Source of the DNA: Candidatus Obscuribacterales bacterium
GTDB taxonomy: Bacteria > Cyanobacteriota > Vampirovibrionia > Obscuribacterales > Obscuribacteraceae
Length of the DNA: 64,000 nucleotides
Direction: 5' to 3'
Assembly: GCA_965228855.1 (NCBI GenBank)
Contig: CBDDIJ010000002.1
Span: forward strand, 768,001-832,000
Within the stretch, counting starts at the first letter, position 1; each line of letters starts with the position of its first letter. The notes beneath the pieces are model-generated. The model had not been told where the DNA came from, did not search any database, and saw nothing but the letters and a program-made list of their open reading frames with translations. Of the stretch, positions 46,678 to 57,491 are shown piece after piece. The position numbers were made by a program, and so were the translations under genes.

Positions 46678-49038
46678 ATGCACGTGGAAGACAGCAACAA
46701 ATCCCTAGTAATAGTAGAGTCTCCGGCGAAAGCCAAGACCATAAGTAAGATCCTCGGACGCGATTTTCAGGTTAAGGCGAGCATCGGACATGTTCGCGAC
46801 CTCCCGAAGAATCGGTTAGGCGTGAATGTCCGAAAGAACTTCGAGCCGCAGTATGAAATTCTGCGCGAGAAGGAACCTATAGTTAAAGAATTGAGAGAAG
46901 CGGCGCAGGATGCGGTGAAAGTCTACCTCGCGCCTGACCCTGACCGTGAAGGTGAGGCGATTGCGTGGCATCTTTCTGAGCTGCTCGACTTGCCGAAGTC
47001 GAAGCTGCACAGAATTGAGTTCAACGAAATCACAAAAGAAGCCGTCCTTGCGGCAATCAAATCGCCAAGACAGATCGACAAACGTCTTGTAGATGCTCAG
47101 CAAGCTCGACGTGTGCTCGACAGACTTGTAGGCTACAAGATCAGTCCTTTGCTCTGGAGAAAGGTCAACGGTCGTTCTGCCGGACGGGTGCAGTCAGTTG
47201 CCGTCAGGCTTATTTGCGAGCGCGAGCAGGATGTGACAAGTTTCGAGCCCAAAGAATACTGGTCGATCAAGGCCAGTCTCTCGAAGGCGAAAGCTAAGCA
47301 GGCGTTCACTGCGCCCCTATACAAGTGGAAAGAGAAGCGCATAATTGCTGCGTCCGACAAAGCGACGGCGCAGACTATGACGATCGACAGTGAGAAAGAA
47401 GCGAAGGCAATCGTCAAAGCAGTCGAAAACCAGGACTTCAAGGTTAGCTCGGTGACCGAAAAGTCGAGCCAGCGAAAGCCGCAGCCGCCGTTCATCACCT
47501 CGACTTTGCAAAGAGAGGCGTCGAATGCGCTCGGTTATCCGGTGAAGAAGACCATGCAATTGGCGCAGGCGCTTTATGAAGGTATAGAACTGGGTCCGGA
47601 CGGACCGACCGGTTTGATTACCTACATGCGTACTGACTCGACTCGTGTGTCGCAGCAAGCGCAAGATGATGCGCGCGCGTTCATCGAAGAGAAGTACGGC
47701 AAAGACTACATTCCTGCTAAACCCTGGGTCTATACGCGTAAAGCGAAAAACGTTCAGGATGCTCACGAAGCCATCCGCCCATCGTATCCTGATAAGATGC
47801 CGGACGAAGTGAAGAAGTATCTGACCTCGGATCAGTACAAACTCTATAAGTTGATCTGGCAACGTTTCATGGCTAGCCAGATGTCGCCGGTTAAACTGCA
47901 GACGACTACCGTCGAAATTGATGCAGGCGAAGCGATTTTCCGTGCTTCGGCGACTGAGAAGAAGTTCGATGGTTTCACCGTAGTTTATGATCGCTTGCCG
48001 AAAGGCGCAGCGGAAACCGGAGACGAAGAACCAGGTGAGGGTGAAGATGCTCAGGAAGAGCATACCGACAACTTGCCTGCGCTTAAGAAAAACGAAGAGC
48101 TGAAGCTGAAAGACGTTAATCCGAACCAGCATTTCACCCAGCCACCTCCGCGCTACAGCGAAGCAACGCTGGTTAAGACACTGGAAGAACTCGGCATCGG
48201 CCGTCCTTCTACGTATGCAGCCACGGTTACGACGATCATCGATCGTAAGTATGTGGAGCGTATCAACAAAGCTCTTGTCCCGACGAAACTCGGTCAGGCT
48301 GTCAATCTCTTGTTGGTTGAGCACTTCGGCAACATTGTCGATGTTCGTTTCACCGCCAACATGGAAGCGAAGCTCGACCAGATCGAAGAAGACAAAGTCG
48401 ACTGGCACGGCATGCTCAAAGACTTCTACCAACCATTTGGTGAGACTTTGAAAAAGGCCGAAGAGAATATGAACAAAGTGATTATTCTCTCTGAGCATAA
48501 CTGTCCGGCCTGTGGGCAGCAGATGGCGATTCGTTCTTCGCGATTCGGTCAATTCCTTGGTTGCATTGGTTACCCCGAATGCAAAACCAAAATCGCTTTG
48601 ACCAAAGAAGGAACACCGGTTCCGGAAGACAGACCGTCGGAAGAAAAGTGCAAAGCATGCGGCTCTGACATGATCATTAGATATGGTCGTTATGGCGACT
48701 ACCTTGCTTGTAGCAAGGAAGAATGCGGCGAGAAGCAACCAATCCTGAAAACAACGGGCGTTGATTGCCCTCGAGAAGGTTGTGGTGGAGCGATTGTCGA
48801 AAAGAAATCGCGCCGCGGCAAAATCTTCTACGGTTGCAGTAACTACTCGCAAAATCAGTGCACGTCGGCATACTGGTACTCACCGGTTATCTCCGGTGGT
48901 CCCTACGGCAAAAATACTTGTCCGCAGTGCAACAGCATCTTGCTCTACAAGACGTTGAAGCGCGGCGACCAGGTTCAATGCTCCAGCAAAGAATGCACAT
49001 TCGCCGAATTGGCAACTGGTAAGGAAGTGCACGCGTAA
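46678..49038 (+). CDS. topA: DNA topoisomerase I
   Basis: IVESPAKAKTI, DPDREGE, SAGRVQS, ITYMRTDS, GIGRPSTY; C-terminal C4 zinc ribbons. Confidence 0.98.
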   Translation: MHVEDSNKSLVIVESPAKAKTISKILGRDFQVKASIGHVRDLPKNRLGVNVRKNFEPQYEILREKEPIVKELREAAQDAVKVYLAPDPDREGEAIAWHLSELLDLPKSKLHRIEFNEITKEAVLAAIKSPRQIDKRLVDAQQARRVLDRLVGYKISPLLWRKVNGRSAGRVQSVAVRLICEREQDVTSFEPKEYWSIKASLSKAKAKQAFTAPLYKWKEKRIIAASDKATAQTMTIDSEKEAKAIVKAVENQDFKVSSVTEKSSQRKPQPPFITSTLQREASNALGYPVKKTMQLAQALYEGIELGPDGPTGLITYMRTDSTRVSQQAQDDARAFIEEKYGKDYIPAKPWVYTRKAKNVQDAHEAIRPSYPDKMPDEVKKYLTSDQYKLYKLIWQRFMASQMSPVKLQTTTVEIDAGEAIFRASATEKKFDGFTVVYDRLPKGAAETGDEEPGEGEDAQEEHTDNLPALKKNEELKLKDVNPNQHFTQPPPRYSEATLVKTLEELGIGRPSTYAATVTTIIDRKYVERINKALVPTKLGQAVNLLLVEHFGNIVDVRFTANMEAKLDQIEEDKVDWHGMLKDFYQPFGETLKKAEENMNKVIILSEHNCPACGQQMAIRSSRFGQFLGCIGYPECKTKIALTKEGTPVPEDRPSEEKCKACGSDMIIRYGRYGDYLACSKEECGEKQPILKTTGVDCPREGCGGAIVEKKSRRGKIFYGCSNYSQNQCTSAYWYSPVISGGPYGKNTCPQCNSILLYKTLKRGDQVQCSSKECTFAELATGKEVHA

Positions 49039-49061
49039 GCGAGACTTCGATTTGAAACTTG

Positions 49062-49088
49062 AGCGGGCAGGCGTAAGTCTGCCCGTTC
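49062..49088. terminator. Terminator hairpin between convergent genes
   Basis: AGCGGGCAGGC-GTAA-GTCTGCCCGTT. Confidence 0.65.
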
Positions 49089-49096
49089 GTTGCTGG

Positions 49097-49300
49097 CTAA
49101 GCGATCAACTTGTCGTAGAATTGCTGCGCCAGAGGTTGACGTGAAGCTGCCTCTTTTCTAAGGGCTTCATCGTTGTTGGCAAGATGACTGGACCAGATTG
49201 CTCTGAGATTCGAGTCGAAGTCTTGCATGGCCTGGTCGGCGACATCCTGGGTTAATGCCTGGCTCATGTCGAGCTCTTCAGTGTGTCTTCTGAGGTTCAT
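49097..49300 (-). CDS. Small hypothetical protein
   Basis: RBS GAGG; ends at the shared terminator. Confidence 0.55.
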   Translation of the reverse strand: MNLRRHTEELDMSQALTQDVADQAMQDFDSNLRAIWSSHLANNDEALRKEAASRQPLAQQFYDKLIA

Positions 49301-49666
49301 TGAAGTTTCCTCTTTTCACTTTCCTGGGGAGCTTCCAACTTTTTTTGAAAACTTCCATGGTTCGCATGTAGCATTTTTTTCGTCAACTGCTGTTGGCAAC
49401 TGGCAAATCTAATGTTTCTTCCCTGCTGATTAACTTTGTTGGAACTGTCACCTAAAGGAGTAGATCACGCTATGCTTTCGTCCTATTCTTGTTTCCCTTA
49501 TTAGTAATGAGCGACAAATAGCGACGATGTGAAGAGGAGTCAAAGTCGACTGATCTTCAGAAAGTCTTTACCTATGAGGCTTTCGAAATAGTCATCGGGT
49601 TGCGTTTAACCGCATACTCTGATGTTAGAATGTAATCACATTGGTTCTGGGAGAAGATAAACAGCC

Positions 49667-52252
49667 ATGTTTGAACGGTTCACCGAAAAAGCGATCAAAG
49701 TAATCATGCTTGCGCAGGAAGAGGCGCGACGACTTGGTCACAATTTTGTGGGCACTGAGCAGATTCTTCTCGGGTTGATTGGCGAAGGTACTGGTATTGC
49801 CGCCAAAACACTCAAGTCGATGGGAGTCAACTTGAAAGATGCCCGAGTAGAGGTCGAGAAAATCATCGGACGCGGATCCGGTTTCGTGGCTGTGGAGATT
49901 CCATTCACGCCTAGAGCGAAACGAGTCCTCGAGCTGTCCTGGGATGAAGCCAGGCAGTTAGGACACAACTACATCGGAACGGAGCACCTCCTGTTGGGGC
50001 TGATTCGCGAAGGTGAGGGTGTGGCAGCCAGAGTGCTCGAAAACCTCGGTGTCGACCTGACTAAGGTGCGCAGCCACGTCATTCGTCTGCTCGGTGAGAG
50101 CGGCGCTTCGACATCAGGCGCGTCTACCTCGACAAGCACGGGTCGTAGTAAAACACCCACGCTGGACGAGTTTGGTTTAAACCTCACACAAGCCGCTCAG
50201 GAAAACCGTCTGGATCCTGTAGTCGGTCGTGAAAAAGAAATCGAACGTGTGATTCAAATCTTGGGTCGCCGTACGAAAAATAACCCTGTATTGATTGGAG
50301 AACCCGGCGTTGGTAAAACAGCAATCGCCGAAGGTTTGTCGATTCGCATTGCGAATGGCGATGTTCCGGACATCTTGTCTGAACGCAAAATCGTCATGCT
50401 CGACATTGGTCTCCTCGTCGCCGGTACGAAGTATCGCGGCGAATTCGAAGAGCGCTTGAAGAAGATCATGGATGAGATTCGCGCAGCCGGCAACGTTATG
50501 CTGGTAATCGACGAATTGCATACGTTGATCGGCGCCGGCGCCGCAGAAGGTGCCATCGATGCCGCGAACATTTTGAAGCCAGCCCTGGCTCGTGGAGAGT
50601 TGCAGTGCATCGGCGCCACCACCATGGATGAATACCGCAAACATATTGAGCGTGATGCCGCCCTGGAACGTCGTTTTCAACCGGTAATCATCGATCCGCC
50701 CAGTGTGGACGAAACGATTGAAATCCTTCGCGGTTTGCGTCCCAAGTATGAAGAGCACCACAGATTGCAAATCGGTGATGACGCGATCGAATCCGCTGCA
50801 AAACTGTCGGATCGTTATATAACAGATCGCTTCCTTCCGGACAAAGCAATCGACTTGGTTGACGAAGCGTCTTCGCGTGTACGTTTGAGAGCCAGCTCCC
50901 TTCCGCCGGAAGGTAAGGAAGTTGAGAAGGAATTGCGCAAAGTTCGCCGCGATAAAGAGATGGCAATTCGCAACCAGGAATTCGAGAAAGCAGCTTCTCT
51001 TCGTGAACAAGAGACCAAACTCTCGGAAAAAATTCGCGAAATCCAAACGGCCTGGAAAGCTAAGCAAGAGACCGAGAAGCCTTACGTTAACGCTGAGGAA
51101 GTTGCTCACGTAGTTAACGCCTGGACCGGTATCCCGCTACTCAAGCTGACCGAAGCAGAATCCGAGAAATTGCTCCACATGTCCGATGTTCTGCACCAGC
51201 GTGTCATCGGTCAAAACGAAGCCGTCGATGCTGTTTGCAAAGCAATCAGAAGAGCTCGTGTCGGTTTGAAAAACCCGGCGCGTCCAATCGGAAGCTTCAT
51301 CTTCTCCGGTCCCACCGGGGTTGGTAAAACCGAACTTGCAAAGGCGCTTGCCGGCTACTTCTTCGGTTCAGAAGACAACTTGATTCGGATAGATATGTCT
51401 GAGTTTATGGAGCACCATACAACCTCCAAGTTGATTGGCTCTCCGCCCGGCTATGTCGGATATCAGGAAGGCGGTCAGTTGACGGAATCAGTTCGTCGCA
51501 AACCTTATTCCGTAATTCTTTTCGATGAAATTGAAAAAGCACACCCTGACGTATTCAACGTGCTTCTTCAGATTCTCGATGACGGACGTTTGTCGGACAG
51601 CAAAGGACGCACGGTCGACTTCAAGAACACAATCATTATCATGACCTCCAACGTCGGTGCTCAATTCATCGACAAGACCGCGATGACCCTGGGCTTCCAG
51701 GTTCAAAGCGCAGCTGAGGAGCATGAGAATCGCTACAAGATCATCAAAGATAAAGTCATGGACTCGATGAAGAAGACCTTCAGACCAGAGTTCTTGAACC
51801 GTATCGACGAGATCATTGTGTTCCAACAGCTCACCCGCGAAGAAATTCGCCGCATCGTCGACCTCATGTCGGCCGATCTGCAAAGCCGCATCAAGAGTCA
51901 GGGTATGGAGCTCGTTGTTACAGACGAGTGCAAAGACCTGATCGCCAAGGAAGGTTACAACCCGACTTATGGTGCCAGACCGTTGCGTCGAGCTATTCAA
52001 AGAATGCTAGAAGACAATATGGCTGAGCAAGTCTTGATGGGCAAATTCAAGGAAGGCGACATCATCATCACGAAACTAGAGGGTGATACCGTTGTCTTCG
52101 AAAAGACGGGTAAGACCATTGAGAAACCCGCTGAGAACAAAGAGAACGGCGGCGACAAAGCGGACAAGGTAAAGAGTGAGAAGACTGCGAAGTCGAGCAA
52201 AAAATCCTCTGACGGCGACGCCGAGAAGAGTGAAGAAAGTTCGAATAACTAG
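49667..52252 (+). CDS. clpC: ATP-dependent Clp protease ATP-binding subunit ClpC
   Basis: [32 protein letters not shown] (cyanobacterial/plastid type); two AAA+ modules; UVR; LGF loop. Confidence 0.98.
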   Translation: MFERFTEKAIKVIMLAQEEARRLGHNFVGTEQILLGLIGEGTGIAAKTLKSMGVNLKDARVEVEKIIGRGSGFVAVEIPFTPRAKRVLELSWDEARQLGHNYIGTEHLLLGLIREGEGVAARVLENLGVDLTKVRSHVIRLLGESGASTSGASTSTSTGRSKTPTLDEFGLNLTQAAQENRLDPVVGREKEIERVIQILGRRTKNNPVLIGEPGVGKTAIAEGLSIRIANGDVPDILSERKIVMLDIGLLVAGTKYRGEFEERLKKIMDEIRAAGNVMLVIDELHTLIGAGAAEGAIDAANILKPALARGELQCIGATTMDEYRKHIERDAALERRFQPVIIDPPSVDETIEILRGLRPKYEEHHRLQIGDDAIESAAKLSDRYITDRFLPDKAIDLVDEASSRVRLRASSLPPEGKEVEKELRKVRRDKEMAIRNQEFEKAASLREQETKLSEKIREIQTAWKAKQETEKPYVNAEEVAHVVNAWTGIPLLKLTEAESEKLLHMSDVLHQRVIGQNEAVDAVCKAIRRARVGLKNPARPIGSFIFSGPTGVGKTELAKALAGYFFGSEDNLIRIDMSEFMEHHTTSKLIGSPPGYVGYQEGGQLTESVRRKPYSVILFDEIEKAHPDVFNVLLQILDDGRLSDSKGRTVDFKNTIIIMTSNVGAQFIDKTAMTLGFQVQSAAEEHENRYKIIKDKVMDSMKKTFRPEFLNRIDEIIVFQQLTREEIRRIVDLMSADLQSRIKSQGMELVVTDECKDLIAKEGYNPTYGARPLRRAIQRMLEDNMAEQVLMGKFKEGDIIITKLEGDTVVFEKTGKTIEKPAENKENGGDKADKVKSEKTAKSSKKSSDGDAEKSEESSNN

Positions 52253-52327
52253 AGGCTGTATGCCGCGAATGCGGCAAGGTTAATGACTCGAGGGTCAACA
52301 ACTAGTTCGCAGTAAAATCGAAAGAAT

Positions 52328-52358
52328 AAAAAGAGCGACTTCGGTCGCTCTTTTTTTT
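52328..52358 (+). terminator. Rho-independent terminator
   Basis: AAAAAGAGCGAC-TTCG-GTCGCTC followed by T8. Confidence 0.9.
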
Positions 52359-52588
52359 CTGTGAACGAAGTGCCAATCTCGAAGTTGGAACGCTATCGCA
52401 CCTTCGGAAACGCTGATGTGCTGCGGTTGTTCCAGCGGTAACGCTTTCTTGGTTTAAATCTGAAAATTCGTCGGTTATTTTTGTTGGAGGAACATCCCCC
52501 ATTCAGGGGACATCAAAATCATTTAGATGCGTGATGATTCTTGCCGGCGATTAGGGCAAACTATATGTAGAGGACGACCAAGGGGACT

Positions 52589-52882
52589 GTGATGAGCGAT
52601 TTGTTTAACAACTGTGTGAGTAAGATCAAAAACCTTTTCTCAAAAGAGAGCGCCGAAGATGTTTGCGATGACCGAATCGAGTCGGCTCGAATAACATCAA
52701 ACAGGCTCCAGGCGCTTCAGAGAATGCGCTCAAACTCCCCAACCACCCCGGACTACAAGCTTGAAGGCGCCAGTCAAACGACTTTTAGCAAGAACACGAA
52801 GCCTGAAAAACGCCTCACGAAGCTCGATGACGTAGAATTGGACTTCGGTATGAAGATCGGTCACTCGACCACTCTCCCATAA
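52589..52882 (+). CDS. Small hypothetical protein
   Basis: RBS AAGGGG; 97 aa. Confidence 0.55.
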   Translation: MMSDLFNNCVSKIKNLFSKESAEDVCDDRIESARITSNRLQALQRMRSNSPTTPDYKLEGASQTTFSKNTKPEKRLTKLDDVELDFGMKIGHSTTLP

Positions 52883-53080
52883 GTAATCAATCTGCAGTTT
52901 GTCCTCTTCATTCATTTAAACTACCTGTTTGAATTTGAGACGTTTATCGGCGTCGAGTTAATCCAGATGTATTTGCCTTGTGTTGATATCGTAATTGTTT
53001 CTCGTTGGTATCATTGTGGTGTCAACTATGGAATAGTACCAGAAAAGATAGTAGGTACCTGGGAAATTGAAAACGACAAA

Positions 53081-53228
53081 GTCACGCACCCCGAAAGGAG
53101 CGTAACCTCGTCGTTCCAACGCCTCGTGAGAGACTCGCTTGCGCTTCGCTTTTGGAGTCGTTAACGCTGACCTTTTACGCCAGGCATAGCTTGGCGCTGG
53201 GCAGTGGCTAACGGCTCCTAGACGACGT
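53081..53228 (+). ncRNA. Candidate structured RNA of unknown class
   Basis: Multi-stem fold with GAAA and GTGA tetraloops; G-U wobbles favour the + strand. Confidence 0.45.
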
Positions 53229-53269
53229 CATCCGTTCAGCTATTGGGATGACTAAAAACTTGAACCAGC

Positions 53270-55141
53270 TCAGTCCGGTTTGCGACGCGTGTACAGTTCC
53301 TCTTCCATCGCCTTGTAGCGCTTCAGAACCTCCTCGGTCCTGATCGACAGCTTGTTGGTGAGGAGACCGTTGTCGACGGATGCAGCCACCGGTACGATCG
53401 AGAACTGCTTGATCGTTTCCCAGCGCTCCAGGCTTTTGTTGGCCTTCTCCACGATCTCCGCGACGCGAGCGACGATCGCCGGGTGCGTTGCGAAGAACGC
53501 GGGCAGTCCGTCGCCGGGTAGAGCCACGGATTTGTCGGACATCAGTTTGCGAGCCTTGTCCTGGTTCACGAAGATGAGCGCGCCGATGAACGGCTTGCCA
53601 TCACCGACCGGGACGACGTACTGGACGAGCTCATCGATGCCGTCGAAGGCGTTCTCGAGCTTCTCCGGAGCGACGTACTTGCCGCCGTCCGTCTTCAACA
53701 GGCGCTTCTTGCGACCCGTGATGTACAGATACTTGTCGGCGTCGAAGCGGCCGAGGTCGCCGGTGTTGAACCAGCCGTCGCTGAACGATGCCGCATTGGC
53801 GTCCGGCAGCTGCCAGTAGCCAGGCGTCACGCAGTCGCCCTTCAGCCAGATCACGCCGGCGCCGGATGTGTCACCGGGCTCCGGTACGATCTTCACGTCG
53901 ATGCAGTCCACGACTCGTCCAACGGAACCCGGACGGTTGTTGTCGATGGTATTGACTGCGATACCACCGCAGGTTTCGGTCAGCCCGTAGCCCTGACGCA
54001 GGGTGAAGCCGGTCAGGTCGAAGAAGTTGACCACATCCGCAGCGATGGGCGCGCCGCCCGAGAGCATGACTCGAACCCGGCCGCCGAGTGCCGCGCGGAT
54101 TTTGCTGAACACGAGTGCGTCAGCGATCTTGCGCTTGATACCGGGCTGATTCTGTTTGAACGCCCAGTCGATCAGCATTTTCTTCAGACCGGTCGCCGAG
54201 TGGATCTGCGCCTCAGCCTTGTCCTTGATCTTGCGCCACACGGCAGGAACGCCGAGCAGGACCGTCGGACGAATCTGCTTCACGACATCGGCCATCTCCT
54301 CGACCTTGCAGAAGGCAGAGGTGACACCACACCAGAGGCACAGCGAAGTGCCGTTGACGCGCTCGTAGACGTGGGCGAGCGGCAGGTACGACAGGTAGAT
54401 GTCGTCCTTGTTGAAGGTGAAGCCGTGCCGGAGAAGCGCTTCGCAAGCGGAGGCGATGTTGTGGTGCGTGAGCACGACGCCCTTCGGCACGCCGGTCGAG
54501 CCGGACGTGTAGATGATGGTGGCGATGTCATCGCCGTCGATGCCGAGGAACGTGCTGGACGCCGGGGTGCCATGGAACTGTCGGCCGATGGCGGACAGCA
54601 TATCCTGCGCGCGAAGGCTGGCTTCACGCTGCGTCGCGCCGGTGTGGTCGAGAGCATTCGCCGTCGCATCCGAGAAGGCGTGTGCAACAAGACCTTTGAC
54701 GCCGCCGCACTTGGCGAGCTGATCGGGACCGTCGACGAAGATGGTCATGGCGCCGGAGTCGCGAACGATGTAGCTGACCTGATCGGTTGCCGAGTTCGGG
54801 TAAATCGGAACCGAAGTGCCGCCGAGAGATTGAATGGCGAGATCCATCCACACCCATTCCGGGCAGTTCCAGGCGAGAAGCGCGGCGCGAGAGCCCTTGG
54901 AGAACCCGCGGTCCTTCAGGTAGACCATGAGTTCAGCAACGATCAGACCACATTCCCGCCACGTCACCTTGCGGTGACTGGAAGCCTCGGGGATCCAGAT
55001 AGGACCGCCTCCCGGATAACCCGCCGACATGAGATACAAGTCGCTACCGATCTTCGACTCGTTCTTGGCCAGGATCGCGGCCTTGTCGGGCGTGTTGAAA
55101 ACATGCGACCAGAACTGTCGCACAAGAGTTTTATTACTCAT
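53270..55141 (-). CDS. fadD: Long-chain fatty acid--CoA ligase (AMP-dependent synthetase)
   Basis: YTSGSTGVPKG, YLPLAHVYER, QGYGLTET, WFNTGDLG, GGKYVAP. Confidence 0.92.
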   Translation of the reverse strand: MSNKTLVRQFWSHVFNTPDKAAILAKNESKIGSDLYLMSAGYPGGGPIWIPEASSHRKVTWRECGLIVAELMVYLKDRGFSKGSRAALLAWNCPEWVWMDLAIQSLGGTSVPIYPNSATDQVSYIVRDSGAMTIFVDGPDQLAKCGGVKGLVAHAFSDATANALDHTGATQREASLRAQDMLSAIGRQFHGTPASSTFLGIDGDDIATIIYTSGSTGVPKGVVLTHHNIASACEALLRHGFTFNKDDIYLSYLPLAHVYERVNGTSLCLWCGVTSAFCKVEEMADVVKQIRPTVLLGVPAVWRKIKDKAEAQIHSATGLKKMLIDWAFKQNQPGIKRKIADALVFSKIRAALGGRVRVMLSGGAPIAADVVNFFDLTGFTLRQGYGLTETCGGIAVNTIDNNRPGSVGRVVDCIDVKIVPEPGDTSGAGVIWLKGDCVTPGYWQLPDANAASFSDGWFNTGDLGRFDADKYLYITGRKKRLLKTDGGKYVAPEKLENAFDGIDELVQYVVPVGDGKPFIGALIFVNQDKARKLMSDKSVALPGDGLPAFFATHPAIVARVAEIVEKANKSLERWETIKQFSIVPVAASVDNGLLTNKLSIRTEEVLKRYKAMEEELYTRRKPD

Positions 55142-56188
55142 ATAAGCCTGTGCCTTTTCTGTAGCGGCTGCAGTCAGGCCGGCACGAACGGCTCTCAGTC
55201 GGGTCCGACAGAGGGCGATATGTGCCACCAGCAGCAGTGCTACTTGACTTTCTTGCGAAGCTGGAAGAAGGTGGACGACGAATTCAGTCGCTCCGCGCTC
55301 AAGCAATAGCCTCGATTAAAAGTGATCCGATAGATTTCGGCTGAAAGAAGTAGTGACGGTTTATAAAACAACAAAACGAAGCTAGCTTATTGAGCCTTCC
55401 AATCTCAAGAGCTAATAAGAGCTTGGTGAAGGGAGACTTTGAACAATGATAGATCTCAAGTAGATCACTTGATCGCTAGCTATCAACTCGTGGGAGAACT
55501 GGCGTAAGTAACTTGTGGTGGTTGTCATTGGCGCCGTGTGGTAAAAGTTGCGGCAGTCAAGGTTCTCAAGATGACGACCTTGCGCGAACCGTAATTACCG
55601 TTGTCATGAAGTGGTGTCACCTATGGTGTTACTCTTTTTACAGGTTCACCAAAAACGTTCTCTCGACTGTGTTTCAGAGATGGTGTCGCTGCCAGTATCA
55701 CGCGCGCTGTTGGCGTTTCACAAATAGACAGAATGATTATTCGAAGTTTGTTTGTCAAGAGGTGGTTGATTGGGATATTTCGACACTTTGTGATCGGTAG
55801 TGGAGGTAAAACTTCTCTTGGCAGCTTGTCAAACTACTCACAGGTGTTTGTCGGGTGGTAGCTGCCAAGGGGTGCGTTGAAAGCCACTCTCGCTTAGCAC
55901 AGCTTTACAAAATGCGTACAGACGATAGAGCTTTTTGACGATTTACTCGCTAAAGCTCAAGATTCTGTAAGTACTTGATATATGACTGCTCAGATTTTTA
56001 GCATCAGAGAGGCTTATTTCAATAACACCGTCTTCGGAAGTTCTGCGAAAACTTTTTTCTCCAACATTCCCCAATAGCTCAGCCATCCCGTATCTCCACT
56101 ACTGAACGTTCAGTGGCCGGAGTAGCACAAGAGCCGCTAATGGAGCCATTGCCGGCTTCCATATCGGGCTGCAAAAGGAGCGTGTATC

Positions 56189-57256
56189 ATGTCTAACAAG
56201 AATGTTTCTGCTGCTCCGACCACGCCTGAGCGCGAGTTCCATCTCGTATGCAGTAGCGGTGGTTCGCGAGCAATTCTCGGCAGTGCGGGAGTACTTCTCG
56301 CCTGCAATCAGGCCGGCATCAGCAAGTTCAAGTCCATCGGTGGTATCAGCGGCGGGTCCATTCCGACCGTTCTGTACTCCTCCGGCATGGATGCGAAGAC
56401 TTGCCTGAGCACGGCTCTGGATATGGATTTTTCCAGCCTGCTCACTCGCCGCGCCAGTTTCTTCCGCATCCTGGTCGCGTACTTCATGCAGCGCCGCAAC
56501 GAGAAGGTTCGGCCGGTCAATGGTGTCCTCACCTCTGAGAAACTCGGCGACTTCGTCGAAGGTTTCCTCAAGGATGGGGAGCTGTGGCCCAAGGGCTACT
56601 GGACGATGGCGATTGCTGAGGATGCGCAAATCGTGTTCTCGGAAAATGGCGTTTTCGAGATCCGCCCCGATGGTCACCTGCGGTTCATCTCGTGCGACCC
56701 GGGTCCTCTCGGTACTGCGGTCCGTGGCAGCTGCGCTGTTCCCGGCATCATCTCGGCTGTCGAATACAAGAACAAGGTTCTGTTCGACGGCGCGCTTGGT
56801 CCTGAGAGCCGCGTTCCCGCCGGCGTCCCCATGCGACTCTACGGCGCTCAGCCGCGCGATATCATCGCGTGCGACGTGGGCGACGAGAACAGCAAGCAGG
56901 CGCAGCGCGTCACCAAGCTCTGGAAGATGGTCTGCGGTGACGACTGCGTCCCCGCCGTCGAAGACCCGATCTACAACAAGTCCCATGGACTGACGTGGAT
57001 CGAGCCGAAGATCACCTCCGTGCGGTCTCTGCAGTTCAACCTGACCCGTGACCAGAAGTGGGAAGCGGTGATGGCCGGCTTCGTGGCGTCCGTTCCGGAA
57101 CTCGCTCTGTCGGGCATCCTGACCGGAGATCGCCTGGTCGGCGCTCAAGCGCTGGTCACGGAGTACGAGGCTGCTCTGCGGCAGACCGAGACCGGCAAGG
57201 TCGGTGATCTGACCAAGCTGGTCGAGAGCATGCTGTCGAAGAACGGCTTGCTGTGA
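56189..57256 (+). CDS. Patatin-like phospholipase
   Basis: SSGGSRA oxyanion motif, GISGG nucleophile elbow, SCAVPG, DGA; RBS AAGGAG. Confidence 0.9.
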   Translation: MSNKNVSAAPTTPEREFHLVCSSGGSRAILGSAGVLLACNQAGISKFKSIGGISGGSIPTVLYSSGMDAKTCLSTALDMDFSSLLTRRASFFRILVAYFMQRRNEKVRPVNGVLTSEKLGDFVEGFLKDGELWPKGYWTMAIAEDAQIVFSENGVFEIRPDGHLRFISCDPGPLGTAVRGSCAVPGIISAVEYKNKVLFDGALGPESRVPAGVPMRLYGAQPRDIIACDVGDENSKQAQRVTKLWKMVCGDDCVPAVEDPIYNKSHGLTWIEPKITSVRSLQFNLTRDQKWEAVMAGFVASVPELALSGILTGDRLVGAQALVTEYEAALRQTETGKVGDLTKLVESMLSKNGLL

Positions 57257-57491
57257 TGTTGAAGCTGGGCATCCGGTCGCGGCTAAGAGACTGATATCAG
57301 TCTCTCGGTCGTGACCGGTGCGTAGCTGTTAAGCTTTAAGTAAAGACTTAAGGAGCCCTCGTAGGGACTTCATAATCCCCTTCAGGAGTGCGTCATTTGA
57401 TTCCAATCAACGTTCAGACATCCAGTTTCCGACACGGTGTCGGTGGATGTCCGGACGCTGTTTTCTAGCACTTCAGCATAGGACGATCACA

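Noticed and set aside
47317..48852. 511-aa antisense ORF over topA (also antisense ORFs over ftsH, yidC and clpC)
   Set aside because: Fully overlaps conserved housekeeping genes; shadow frames.
52915..52975. Sixth copy of the palindrome core
   Set aside because: GACG/CGTC spacing is 8 rather than 14 and the arms do not match; at most a degenerate copy.
53081..53228. c-di-GMP riboswitch, SRP RNA or group II intron domain V
   Set aside because: Diagnostic motifs are absent, and it is not in a 5' leader position on the favoured strand.
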